Assembly: GCA_040437565.1 (NCBI GenBank)
Contig: JBDOQK010000005.1
Location: forward strand, 124,001 to 188,000
Length of the DNA stretch: 64,000 bases
Reading direction: 5' to 3'
Source of the DNA: Albugo candida
Lineage: Eukaryota
Below, piece by piece: positions 24,222 through 37,673 of this stretch. Within the stretch, counting starts at the first letter, position 1, and each line of letters starts with the position of its first letter. The notes under the pieces are model-generated. The model searched no databases and was not told the origin of the DNA. It saw only the letters and a program-made list of their open reading frames with translations. Both the position numbers and the translations under genes were made by a program.

Positions 24222-27161
24222 TCACCTCTTTACATTGCGCCTTTTCACCTTTTGGCAACTTGCACTTCCAATGGCACTTTTAAGTCGCTTGCTTTTAATC
24301 TTTGCATATTTTACATTATCGTTATACGTGCGGAAAAATTCGTCAATTTTCGTCTGTTTTTGTGTTTCTTTGTTGCTGACCGATTTTTCCATATGTTTTA
24401 TCAATGGCGTCAGCAATCCATCAATTTTATTCGCTTCCCATCCAAAAACTTGCGAGCAATAATTCTTCAGTTCGGTAAAGTCCGGATGGCTCCACTGAAA
24501 CTTTTCGCTTGATGTATCGACCTGAGGGTGCAGGTAGGCCTCCACCACTTGCACATTCGGAAAAGTTTCACCGAGCTCCCACTTCCGGCGGACACTGGCG
24601 TGTGTGTGTTTAAACCGATCTTTTGAATCCATCTTGCTGAGCTCTTCCTCGCCCTTCCTTTTTTCCTTGCGCCGATTTGCTTCCTCATGTACGTCAAAGT
24701 CTTCGACCCATGCTTTAAATTCTTTCAGCCCCTCTGGAGTACCTCCAAAGCTCGAAATTATTTCAGCAGCATTCACGATTCCAATGCCTCGAACGCCTGG
24801 AGTATAATCACTTCCGAGCAACAACGCTAATGAAATCATATCGGTGCGTGTGAATCCGAGTTCCCGTTCAATATCACTAGTGTCAAAAGCTTCCACAAAC
24901 TTTTGGTGGTGGAAAATATTTTTATACACTTTTGTACCTCCAAACGGAAAAATATCGCTATCGTCCGTGACAATCCCATCAACCAAACCAAGTTGCTCGA
25001 GTGCGGCACACTGTGCCTCTGCTTCCATGGGACAGATGAGAAATGGGACTCCAAATAGAGTTAGTAACTCCATTACTTGTTCGACCATTTCATCATCGAA
25101 TCCTTCCAAATCACGAAGTTGACGATTTTGCAAAATCTTTAATTCGTTTTCTTTCTGATGCAAAGATTCCATAGTTACGGATGCGTCTTTTGATTCAGCA
25201 TCAGAGGAAGTGGTGTCGTACAAAAGATAGCGTGATCTATTGGGAGGTGCTAAACTGTTATCTTCCAAAGACTCGATCGTGGCCAACGTTACTGCTTCGT
25301 CAAAAGGTTTACCCGTGTCTTCCATTTCTATCGGGATTTCCACCTTTGGTGGGGATTCTATCTTGATCGAGGGAGAAGGGTTTTGTTGCGGCTCCTTAAC
25401 TGCGGTATGTGGTGCGAGTGCTTTCCGAACAGCTCCTGCTGCCCATTGCCTACGAGCACAATTATAGAGCACTTAACATCAGATGAGTGTCTTCCTTCTT
25501 ACGTGAGATTGGATGCTGTTGCGATGGCGGAATTTAGAGCTTCTTCTCGAAGTGCTCGGAGATCTTCTTCTCCTTTGGCATCCTCCAGCTCATTCTTGAT
25601 TGCGTCCAAGTCCACTTCTTCCGATTCCAAATCTTTGTTTGAATAAAGTACAAGTTCTTCTATTGATTGTGATGCAGCTGTACTTCTTTCCAGGGCTTCA
25701 TCCTTCGGAACAGGTTCGAGATGTTTCGATTCGATTGGTGTCAAGTCACCTTTTAAGTTAACGTCTTCCCACTCAATGTCACTTTCTCCACCGTGTACTT
25801 CATTTATCGTATTCAGAGGTTTGATATTTAGTGCCTCTGACGGCTGAATGGCCAACTCAGCACTTTCACTTTGAGCCATATTTTCAGTCCGTTTACCTCG
25901 AGCAATTTCGATCGCTAATGGCTTGTCTTCCGTGAAGTCTGCAGGAGGCGGTCGTAGCTGATGAGTACTTGGCAAGTGTCTTAATGGCTCAATATTTGCT
26001 TCCTCGCGATGCTCCGATGCTTCCTCGCGATGCTCCGATGCTTCCTCAGGGTATTGAAAGTCATCTTTGCTCTCGGCGAAACGTGAACGAAATCCTTCAC
26101 TTGTTCGTTTCTGATGAAGTTGCCATAAGGAGGAGAAAGATTCTTCATATTCAGATGACTCATGGGGGAAAGAATCGCTCCCCGCCACGAAGGAGCTTTT
26201 CCGCGAACGCTTTTTTGAAGCTCCTTCAGCATGTTTTGGTTGATTGAGAATGTAATAGCGATCACCATCTCCTACAAGTCGTTTGGCGGAGAGCAACTCT
26301 GTGTTGTCGGCGTTATTCTCAACTTGCGTTTCGATATTCTGCTGTCGAACCTGCATAAATTTCTGATGCAGACGCGATCGAGCAAGGAACGATTTAATTT
26401 GGCTTTTAGAGTATGCTTCCGGATCTCCTGCCAGTGGTATAAATTCATTTCGAGAATTCTGGCGTAATTGTCGCATTATTCGTTCAAACATACTTTTCTG
26501 AAGATTCGGTGGAAGGGCGTACACCGCTTCAGGGTCAACATTGTAGATATTTTTGGTATCTAAGGAAATGTCTTCCACGGGAATATCATCCTCTGAAGTG
26601 GAAACATCGGATTCAACATTTTTTTCTTGGTCAGCTTTGACCGATGAGTCTTGCGTTTGACCCTGAATCATTTCATCGGCGGCTTGTGGAAGCAGATAAT
26701 TGGGGTCAATGGCTGACGGTTGCTGTGCTTTAGGTCCATTCAGCATTCCTTGTTGCAGAATACGAAGACGATTCAAGAGAATTTTTTGAGCTGTCTGTTT
26801 CCAACTGATTGTCTACTACATCGATTGATTAAAAGTACTTCTTCTAATTAATGAGTTCGTACAGTACCTGTGTCTCAACGCGTTTTCTTCTCTTTTCCAA
26901 AGTTTGTTGTTTTAAAACTGGTGTTTGACCATCAAATACAAATACAGGCCGGATCCCATAATGCAATAGTTTGGAGACCCGGTGGAATGTTCCAATTAAA
27001 TGCGCATTTTTGATCATGTGACCCTGATCGTCTCGCATTGCCTTTATAAATTGGACAAGCCAGATGCTGGCATCGACAGCCAGTCTCTTGTTTTCCAAAG
27101 ACTCGATTTCAATTTGTCGTCCGACTGGAGATAGCAGAAGCCATAAATTCTGAACGCCCAT
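24222..27161 (-). CDS. XPG: XPG/RAD2 nucleotide-excision-repair endonuclease, 3 exons
   Basis: The N domain reads [22 protein letters not shown]. After a long spacer, the I domain carries [14 protein letters not shown] and LLGSDY plus the H3TH motif GIGIVNA. Introns lie at ~26814-26867 and ~25450-25502. Confidence 0.95.
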
Positions 27162-27199
27162 GAGCTTCCCATACAACGAGCAGGTAGACTTTAATTTGT

Positions 27200-27230
27200 A
27201 TTTTCTGCCAATTAGATTGGCTCAGAAAAT
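27200..27230. promoter_or_regulatory. Imperfect palindrome with two opposed CCAAT boxes in the XPG upstream region
   Basis: ATTTTCTG-CCAAT-TAG-ATTGG-CT-CAGAAAAT lies 40-70 bp upstream of the XPG ATG, inside a 134-bp intergenic gap. Confidence 0.45.
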
Positions 27231-27295
27231 AATGCGACTTGATAACTGATTCGATTTCAAGTAACTTTCAATTGTCAAAATCTTTTTTTATTCAA

Positions 27296-30027
27296 TCAAT
27301 TGTTTCCTCCCATTATTAATATTTCCTTGAGCTCATTCAAGCAGTCTCGTGTAGCGTCTGCGGATTTGTAGGCTTTTATATTCTCAGAATTGATAAACTG
27401 ATGCAATTTCCCCAAATCAGTTTCAACTGAATGTATCTCTCGTATCATAGGTCGTTCCAATATCTACGGCGCACAATCATACGTCTGATACATTGAAAAT
27501 AGGCAAAAGTACTCACCAACGATCCAATTGCTACAAATATTCGGAGAATGGTATCTTCTGATAGTTCTTCCAAAGGTGCTTCGAGTGCTTTCACGACCAT
27601 TGCGACCATTTGTGCCGCTTCTTCCAATGAAAATTCATCAGGAAACTCTTTTTGCAAGCGGGAAAAGCTGACAAATAAATGTAAGCACCCAGTAAATCTC
27701 CAAGACCAATTCACTGCATACTTTAATAAAACAGTTGCGAAACTCAATAGCACCAATTTCTGACGGAATTGTAAATAATTTTCCAGTTGGCCCAATATCT
27801 GCTCAGAATTGTAAATATGTCAGACGGATAGACCTTTCTTACTTCAACTTACCTCTTTTTTCCTTTTGATAATCACAGCGCGGCAATTCGAATGAAGGAA
27901 CATATTGGCCACGATGCGTAGTGATATAAAGCGCGTTGCAATCGGAACATTTGATGTCTCTGTCTTGGAGCCACGTCGTAATAGATCCATCACGAAATTT
28001 TCATCGGCCAGGTGGAAACCTTGCGGATGAATGAGGACTAAACGCGCAAGATCAAGAGCTGGGTAGACTTGAGCTATTGGCCATGTCGATATGATTTTCC
28101 GTAGAATCTGGAGTTGCTCCTGGGAAAATGAGCTCGCGTGGTAAAATGCGGTTTGTTTGATAATAAGAACCAATTCCTCAATACATATCAATCCCTTGTC
28201 TGAAACCTTTGACCGTATAAATGTGACACTTGTGGTATGAGACGTTAGAGAAAATAGGAACCTGGTGCTCAAGTGCGATTTGCTGATTGAATTGAGAGAG
28301 TGTTGCCATCAACTTGGCCACTTTGATGGACTCAAATGTGTTGTATGAAGTCTACAATCCATTCGTCAGTTTGTAAGAAATTTCACAACTAATACATTAC
28401 CGCAGGAAAAAACACAAATTGCTTCGGAGAAGGTCTCACGTTCTCATTTGCATTTGCGTTGGAATCAAGAACTGGAGGATTATAGTCTTGGGCACGTTGA
28501 ATGATATAATCTGTTATTTGTCGCAAGTATGACTGGCTGAGCGTATGTCGATCGATGAAAGCTTGAGCCGCTTGGGATGGATTCTGACCAAGATTGTATC
28601 CAATCTCAAGTTTACGAATCTCACCGGTTCCAGGCTGCTCGATTTCCACGGGAATGACCAAATCGTACGCAGTACCATCAACCACGCCTCCAGAGTTCGT
28701 TCCAGTCACCTCTCCAATCTAAAACGCTTGTTATTTTCTGTGTGCGAAGATAAGGAGTAACCTACATCACTCCAGGAGTTTGCACTTCTATCCCATTGAC
28801 AAGCCCAAGCTTTATCATTCCGACGAAACATTTGTATCTGACCTTCTGACTTTCCCCTGACACTATTTCGAGCATCATAATCTGTCAAATTGTCAACGTT
28901 CACGCTCGTTCCACGCTGTCGCATTGCACGAGCATTCTCGACTGCTTTTTCAAATAATTCTTGAGCTTCCGGTAGACAGATTGCTGCGTTTTGAGTAAAA
29001 ATGCGTGCAATCTTGTCATCTCCTCCAGTGATAAAACTTCCGTTCGGTAAAGCAGCAACAGTCCAAAGTCCTCCAGGATGCTCGATACTTTGTATCAGTG
29101 TACCATCCAACTTCCAGACCCGTGCCGTACAATCTTCGCTGACCGATACCAATCGCTCATTACAAGAAAGGATACAAATTCCAAGTATAAATCCTGGTTT
29201 TCCTTCCGCGTTCATTGGATGATTCATTGTCACAATACAGTCTCCTTCCAGAGTACGCACTTTAATGGACCTAGAGAATGAGCATCACAGCGGTCAAAAG
29301 TTTATGCAATTTACCTGCAAACGTACCCATCATTCGAGCATGACGCAAAACCAATTTGAGGAACTGTAATAAGCTGTCGAATGGGTCCCTGGTGATCCCG
29401 GATACTTTTGATAAATTCGACTTTTTGTTGACCCAATTTCCAAAAACGTAACTGAAAATCAACGACTTCATTTCCAACCTGTTTTCCAGTGGATGCAGTG
29501 ACAACTTGTCCATCCTCAAGTCCGAGCACACTAACGCCATTTTCGTGATTTGGAATTATGTGAAGTGGCTCCTGCAGGGTTGTGTCCCAAATACGACACG
29601 TTCCATCCCAGCTTCCGGATAATAATAGAGAGCGGTCCATTTTTCGCAGCCATGCGAGTGAGATAACGCCACCTTCATGACCTCGCAGTGTAATTACTTG
29701 TTCTCCGTTTAAGTTGAATATTCGAATACAGCGATCCATAGACCCTGTAACAAAAGCACCCTGCAATACTTGATTGTCGGACACGTGAACCGGATTCGGA
29801 CTATAAAGTATTGCGGTAACCCAATGCTCGTGATTATAGATCGCAGCACCTTCCATTTCATAAAAATTTGTTGGTTTTGATTCGTTTTCGAGGATGCTGG
29901 GGTCACGTTTCCATCGTCTGATCACCGAATCCATCGATCCTGTCCAAATCTCCTCATTCGATGTGTTGATGGAGCGTACAGCACCTTCATGACCAAGTAG
30001 TTCGCACTGCAATCGATAAGCACTCAT
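27296..30027 (-). CDS. PLAA: Phospholipase A2-activating protein / Doa1-Ufd3 (WD40 + PFU + PUL), multi-exon
   Basis: WD40 repeats (LLGHEGAVR, LSGSWDGTCRIWD, FASCSNDG, SVSEDCTARVW) are followed by PFU (YDLVIPVEI..LEIGYNLGQNP..AAQAFI) and PUL (WPIAQVYPALDLARL). Short GT-AG introns separate the ORF-track pieces. Confidence 0.92.
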
Positions 30028-30263
30028 AGTTCGATTCGTTAATGCTATGTCTGTGTAAGATGTTTCGATATATATTATAATAGATAGTTTATAACATACG
30101 TACAGTATTATCGAGCAGATTGTATCATTTTACGCAGAAAACTATCGTCAGAACTCTTACCTCTTATGTTGTGATAATCAGGCACAATTAATAAAGCGGG
30201 CGAAGTAAATCCGTAGCATAATGTACATCATTTGAATAACTATCCCATATAAATTCATCTTCC

Positions 30264-31953
30264 TTATGTCAACATGTGCTCCTCAAATGGTGGTTCCGGG
30301 AAGGGCTGATTCGTAAGGAGATATCGCCATATCAGCCATCCAAAACATTCCACGTGAAGTGTGACTCGATGACCGCGGCCAAACATGATAACCATAGAGC
30401 CTGAAAGAGATGGAACCGATTTAGTCTGCCAGTAAATGAAGTATAAACTTGAAGTCGGTGAAAACGGTTCGATTGAGAACTCACTGAACCGATCACCTGG
30501 TGGAAGTCGAAAAAGCCACGCCCAAAATGATCGGATCTTTCCTTTGTTTCTCATTCGCAAAGATGTGCGCCAGAAATCTTTTATGCTCTCAATACCATAA
30601 TAACATCGTGAAGGCATCGATACAGCCAACACGGAATTCAATCCCCAGATAGAATCGGCATCAATGACGAAATCTTTGGGTAAGCTCTGAGTAAAAATCT
30701 CTTTGATTTTCAATAGGATATCCATTTGAATCCCTCGAGTGAGTGAATGTCGCTTCTCCTGATCAAGCTCAATATTCTTCACCAGCATATCGGAAAGAGC
30801 CTGATTTTCAGCTTCTAATGCCTCTGCTTTCCGTTGCAAGTATTCATACTTCAATGCCTGTCGTTGTCGACATTTTTTCACAGCAGCTCTATTTCTTTCC
30901 CGTTTCTGTTCAGAAGAATAATTCATACTTTTCCGTCCACATCGACGACGACTTTCACCCCCATTTCCACTATCATACATTTCCTTGCCATTTACTTCCT
31001 TTTCAGCTGATTTCTCGGTTTGATTTATTGAACCAGACTCCACTATTTGCGGTAACTTATCAGATCTAATATCGTGTGTATGATCTCCTTCGACATCAAA
31101 CGCGCGTTTTCTCCCATTGTCTTTGGTGAATGTAAGATCACCTACAGACAATTGACGTGATGAACAAGGTGACATATTCTGATGAGTTGGAGTCATATTT
31201 TGTATTCCCAATGGCGTTACAGTGCTATGTGACTCTTTTCCAAACTGTGTTTGTCCATTCACTCGCAGTGCAAATGCTACGAGCGGTGATTCGCTACCTC
31301 TTCCTCCAAAATCTCGACGATTGCGATCGACCAAACGAGGTCCTGGAATATCTTGGTTGAAACTTGCCATTGAATCGCGTTCAATTTCTACAAAATCCGA
31401 ATTGGATTGCGCGAAATTCTGAGGTGGCCACCGGCACCGATCAAAAGCTTCTTGAAATTCTTGTCTTCCGTTGTTCAATTCCTTCCGGCGATGTTTGGTT
31501 GCAGGAAGGTAAACATCTAACGAAGGTGGAGCGGATTCGCTGATAACAGACGTCATTTCGGCGTTAATGGATTCGTCGAAATTTGGATGCATCATCGAAT
31601 CTAAACAGAGCTGTTAGTTTTGTTTACTTACGTAAGTTTGTGATTGTACCTGTCCAGGGTGAGGGTGTATGGAGTGCCATCGGATGAACTTTGTTGTGTG
31701 TATGCTCTTGCATGAATGAGAGTACCGCGTTACTTCGGTTGTAAACGTTCTCCAAAGTTGGCGTCATCGCTTCTTTCTCCAGATATCCGTTTTGACGTGT
31801 TACGAATTCCTCATCACTGTAATGCGATGTAGAAGAAGGGAGTGGCATACAGGAGCGCTGATCATCTAAATAGAGTGGTCGTGAATTATTAATAGTTGCA
31901 TCGGTAATCAAGTGATTCGGATATCGTTGAAACGTCGAAGACTTTGGATACAT
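30264..31953 (-). CDS. bZIP transcription factor, 2 exons (start codon uncertain)
   Basis: The basic region EQKRERNRAAVKKCRQRQ (N-x7-R) is followed by the zipper YLQRKAEALEAENQAL. A 31-nt intron at 31601-31631 (GTAAGT..CTAAC..TAG) joins the two ORFs in frame. Confidence 0.85.
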
Positions 31954-34900
31954 TTTGTTTTCGTTCTGAGGTAAAATACAGGGAGTGATTTCTAGCAAGG
32001 CAACTAATCGAATTGTAGTTCAAATTATTGACCTCGTAATTTTTCGATTCACAAAAATTGAGCTTAGAATCGTGTAGATACGTACCAATCCAAGCACAGA
32101 ATTGAATGACCGATTCAATTGAATTTCATTCACGATAGCACGAGGTCGGTTGCTATACACACCACACGACCTCAAAATATTTAAAAAGTACCAGGCGACC
32201 ATCCGGGAAAGGGCTTTCAAAAGAAAAGCTTGTAGAGAGAACCTCTCGAAGTAAATATTCGACCTGTACGACCGCGTTAGATAGATGCGTTTGTAAGATA
32301 TATTCATTTGGCACCACGCCTTCGATTTTTTCACTGTCAATAAACAATGTGAAAATTTGGTCATTTTGCTGGTTTGTAAGAAACGTCAAATCGCTTTGAC
32401 GATCAGCCCTGGCAAACTCTTATTGTAGAAATACAATCAAACAATCTATTCAAAAACAATTATCTTAGTTAGCTTGATTCACCCAATCCGTCAACCTAAC
32501 AAGGATACTGCCGTATACCAAAGCTGTTAGGCAGGTTGTTGTGAGATCAGATCTGATTTCGATTGTGCCGACTGTTCGATAACTTTGGAGTTCTTCACAC
32601 TTAAGACGAATCAACCAAAATTACAATATTTAACCAGACTATTCCAATTACTTTTTGTTTTGATCCAAACTTAAAGTAGCAGATCACACTTCTTCGATTT
32701 CTGGTTTTGTGACTGCATATTCCAATAGCTATAGTATAATCGCAGTCGAGCTCCGGCACTCGTCATCATAAAGCTCATAATGCTATGATCAGCCATAAAT
32801 CTACAGGACGGTCTTAACGAGCTCCGTAGCAGCTCTTTTTTCCTAACGCTTCCAAATTTCCAAGCCTTTTCATCCCAGTCATCCGTATGTGCAACGCGTT
32901 CACGCTGAAAACAAACAAAGCTCATTCTCTACATAGCGGTGACCGCTTCAAGTTATCAAATAAAAGCAGCAGTGCTTCGAGCAGAATGGAATGAAAAGAG
33001 GGAACACCAAAATCCGAGCTCACATTATGTTTTAAGTCAGCATATAATCCGACGTGAGATTGATTCATAGAATATATCTGGGCGTAGGTAAACTTGCTAT
33101 GCAGTCGATACGCGCCGAATGATCGCTGCACCACATGTTTACATGCACTCCACTCGAAAGTGCCTAATAAATTCACTGGTCGTGTGTGTATCTCATGTCA
33201 GACGAACCGGTTTTATATTTCTGAAAATATTACAGATTTTTGACCGAAAATATTACTAACTGCGTCTATTAATGCAACATAACCGATTAAAAGATTGCAA
33301 TCTGTCTCAGATTGCGAGCTTATGACCGCCATGAACAAGGTGGTCCCTCAAACCCGCTTGTTGCACGCCTATGAACAGAGAACTTATCTAGAGTCTCATT
33401 TTTCTCTGGAGAATGGTAGTACACATCTGATTGGGACAACTGAGACTTGAGCATCATACCATGTAATATACTCGGACTCTCGGACTTGTGATAGTATAGA
33501 CATCAAAATCAATAGAATCCTTGGGCGAGAGCGTATCGAGTATCACAATACATCAAGTTCAAAAGCAGTGGACGCCAATTCAGCCGTTTGCCGTCCCTGA
33601 GTACAGCAACAGAGCCCGTATATTCCCAGCAGCTTATTCCGATGCAAATTCACTCAAAGCGTGTTAGTACAGTAAAGATGGCACTCGATAATATGTATCT
33701 AATCACATATCAGTAATTCAGAATATGCAAAGAGTTATAATAAGCTAAAAGAACCGATTATATAGCCGAGTACGACTGAAGTATGGCATCCATGAAACGC
33801 AGAATGCTCTCCCACATTTCCTCCATAGTATGAGGTTACCCGCTCTCGCTGCGTAACAACGACACCGTCAAATACAAAACGCGCTGTAACCTGACGTATG
33901 ACTAGGTTGATAAAGTGTGCCATTGAAACAAGGCAGCATCCCTCTCACACATTCACAGCTGTCATATTGGGCGAACAACGACTTCTATCTCGACATGGCT
34001 CTAGTCTAGGGAACCAATCATGGAATTTTGCTCGATCGCCTAAAGCTACTACGAGCGCAAGCGGTGACGTTTTCTGCAGACGAAAAGGCTGTGCCAACCA
34101 ATCTTACAGTGCAAGCTAAAGCGAGTGAGTTGAAATGTGATATGATACAGGGGAGAGCGAAATATCTATATACTAGCAACATGAAGCGATGAAGTGGCTA
34201 AAGGTTTAGACTGAGATATGATCAAATGATTCCGGTACCCGGCCTTTTAGCTGGTTTACATCCGTTCCCCGACCACAGATTGATGTAGACGAGCAGATAC
34301 GCGTCCGCGGCCCATTGGAGTTTGGCAACTCCATCTTTTGCGCGGAACAGGTTGCTATGTATGATTAACTGGAACGAACTTACTGAATGAGGAGTGCGCG
34401 TAATGTTTCACTGGACACTAGAGAGATCTAGTCTCTGTGCTGAACGAGCATCCCAATCTGCGCCGGATGAGAGCCATGCATGTGCCAAAAACAAAGCTTT
34501 TGCGTGAAAAGCTGGAACATCGCTCTGTCGGCGTCAATGAAGGAATAGCAATTCAAAGAAGCAAGTTTAGTAGTAAAAACAGTATTGCGAAGGTCAAATA
34601 CATGACAGCATGATAATCTGACGATTCTGACTCGCCCTAACATTACTAATATGCAATTGCAGGAGGCGGGACTAAAACAATAACCTTCGAGGTGCCGCGC
34701 CTTCACAATCAGACTACTTGTCGGAGACGTTCAAAACGAGATACATTTTAGACAATTACAAAACAGGGATCAGCACCGGACTAGGCCACATGCTATTTAG
34801 AATTCGACGAGTTACTAGCAAACATTCCGAGTATTAAGCTTCATCGAAAAATTCATACAGAAGGGTTCAAACAGAATCGGTGGATCGAGGTTCAATCATT

Positions 34901-37673
34901 ATGAGAAAATGCCATACTCATTAAGGAGCAAAAAAGCTAGGATGTTTCTCCTACAAAAACTATCGCACTCCCACACTTCTATACACGCTTCCTTCTATTT
35001 GCGGATTCTTGAACCATGCTTGACTATGGTATGTATGTATTCAACACGCAACGTGCGGGTGCCTACTATCAAATCCATATTTCATTTCAGCACCACGACA
35101 GATAAAGTCTTGCCCTTTAAGAATAAAAGTATGCGAAAGTACAAAAGATGTCGTTTGGGATTAAGTTGTCGATGGCATGAAATAAAGCAAATATCTACCA
35201 GAAGCCACACCCTCTCCAGGGAAAATATTGATGGCTTCTGCGAGTTCGGTAGAAGCTTACGAGCTACCAACACGTGTACGTTACGGAGCATTCAAAGCGT
35301 TCGTCGGATACTTACCTCATCCAAATGACACAAACCAAAAAGCTGAGAATTTGCTCCGCTCAAATATTCACGCTCGTCTCATTGTGTGCGCACCGTCATC
35401 TAGGTGAACTTGGTCTCGGCGCGAGAAAGGCCGAGCCACATCTAGCGATCTCTATTCGCACAGTACTAGACCTATATCGATTAGATCGTGTACTTCAAGG
35501 TTGACAGTCATTGATATCAGCGCCGTAAGTAGGGCCTCATACGCAAAGATTGAGTAAGCAATCAGTATTTCTGAATAAAGTGAAGACAACTGGGAGCCAC
35601 CGCAATATTTAGACGAAAAAAGATTGGCCTGGCTGAGACGTATCCCGGTGACGAGTTGAACGGGTAACAGCACTATCAACAGAAGGTACGAGATTTGCCA
35701 GAGAAGGTAGTACAAATACTCTGTTTTGACGATCTCCTACGTCTCAAATATCTGAACTACGTGAAAAGAATTTACTTCCAGACTGAGAAATATACCAATT
35801 ACGTAACACAGTGCAACCAAACGCATCCATGATTTTGATTTCTTGGATGGCATTGAAGAGAGCACATTTCAGTACGTGTGCCGCTAAGATGAATCAAACA
35901 AATGCAAGAGTGCCACTTGATACGCTGATGAAGAACTTTAAATTGTCTATGCCGGAGGTGGATGACTGGATGTGTCGCTGTGCCAAAACAGATAGCTTTA
36001 TGTCTCCTGCACTCGCCTTAGATAACGCATACATGATACATCATAATGCTTCAACTGACGTAATACTCTTCGCATGCAAGTATCTTTGAGCAATTAAAAG
36101 ACAGAAGTAGACGCGAATAAAAATGAAGGTGAATGATGTTAGTTGGCGCAGTGTTGCAACGCCTATCACAGGTACAGACACAGTCTTTATAAGAACACTA
36201 TATCGATAATGCTGCAGTAGGAGATTACATGCAATGGCGATAATAATCTATCGACTGCTGCCACATGATAGGACTCTATCGACTTGATAGAACTCTGACA
36301 TTTCATCGCCAACACTGGGTGTAAGAGAATCGAAACTAATATCTTGGCTGTCATTCTTGATATCCTGATTGATACGATTGTGATTCTTGTGCCCTGCTAC
36401 ACTGCAGCCTAATTGTTGCTTTATCTTTAATGTTTGCATAGCATTTTAGTATCATGGAGTAACTATAAATTTGACACAGAACACATCATCGATTGTGCTG
36501 GAAGTTGAACAATGCTCTAATTGTCAATTTGCGTCCACTAGAACGGAATGGGGATCGGTAGCAGTAGCAGCTGTATGTGGCCCAAATTCTTAGGCTCGAG
36601 ATCATGAAGAAAAGGCGGCAAGAGTCTAGCGTGGGTCAAGATGTCTACATGGCAATAATCAAATCAATCTTGGAGCAGACAAAAGGCTTCTCATTTCACA
36701 TAGCCCTCACGCGTCACCAAGACTCGAGTAGCTGTGCATATAGATCGACAACTTTGTAACGCGCTGAAGCGTATAAATTTCTCTACAGTCGGTACAACAG
36801 AAGTATGACTTGAATGATCTTTGAAGGGAATAAGAATAGTCAGACTTCGAAGAAGCAATTGGTATTGAAAAATTTGATTGAAAACATGCTGAGTGATAGC
36901 AACCTATTCTGACATCGAAATCGCTGAAGCTACCATTCTAGGCGCCTACAAGCTGCAAACCACGCAACTCTCGGCTTGTTTTTAGGACAGAGTCTCCTGC
37001 CAATGCCCGTTTTGATCGGGCTTTTATACCCATCCAGTAAGCTTCAATTCTTGATTAATATGATTCCATGTGATGCCGTTCAAACAATCATACAACTTTT
37101 GCATCTTCCATTTCCTGAATTACCCCTTCCTGAGTGAATTGGAATCGTCGTAGACGAGGCGCTTCTGACACTGACATAGTCGCTTTCGTCGATCTTGAAT
37201 CGCCGTATTGCGACACCATCTGATTGAACAACTTACGTACCTGGATTTTATATATTCAACTGTGCATGCGCAGCACTTGATTACGGTGACTGAACGCATT
37301 TGTGTGATAGTATATCTGCTGATGGGTGACTTTGAAAACCAGAAGCCTCTTGCGATGAATTCACATACCTCTGAGAGCTGAAGTAGTTTTACGGGTGATA
37401 GTCAAGTGCACATCAATTGTGATTAAATTAATTTGCTCCTTTTGCAGCTGCCTGTTAGAAATCCCTACATTCTGCTTTGTTATTAGATAGGGTCACACAT
37501 GTAGCTGAATTTGTGATATCGCGTAGATTGGCATTGATCTATTTTCAAAAAATCAGTGCGCTTTGATAGAGCCATGTTTGGTCGGCTGGGGTGAAAATCA
37601 CCATATTGCGATTCGAAGTCAACAGTCGTTCCCGTGTCTGATTAGTTGCTTCCAAAAGTAGTTCTAGGATCAC

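Noticed and set aside
25997-26047. 21-bp tandem repeat encoding EEASEHR in XPG
   Set aside because: It is an in-frame low-complexity expansion in the poorly conserved spacer, with no sign of special function.
32000-37600. Short ORFs in the 5.6-kb region between bZIP and FPS
   Set aside because: I found no recognisable domains or consistent exon chain. The region is probably decayed repeats or regulatory DNA, though a highly spliced gene cannot be excluded by eye.
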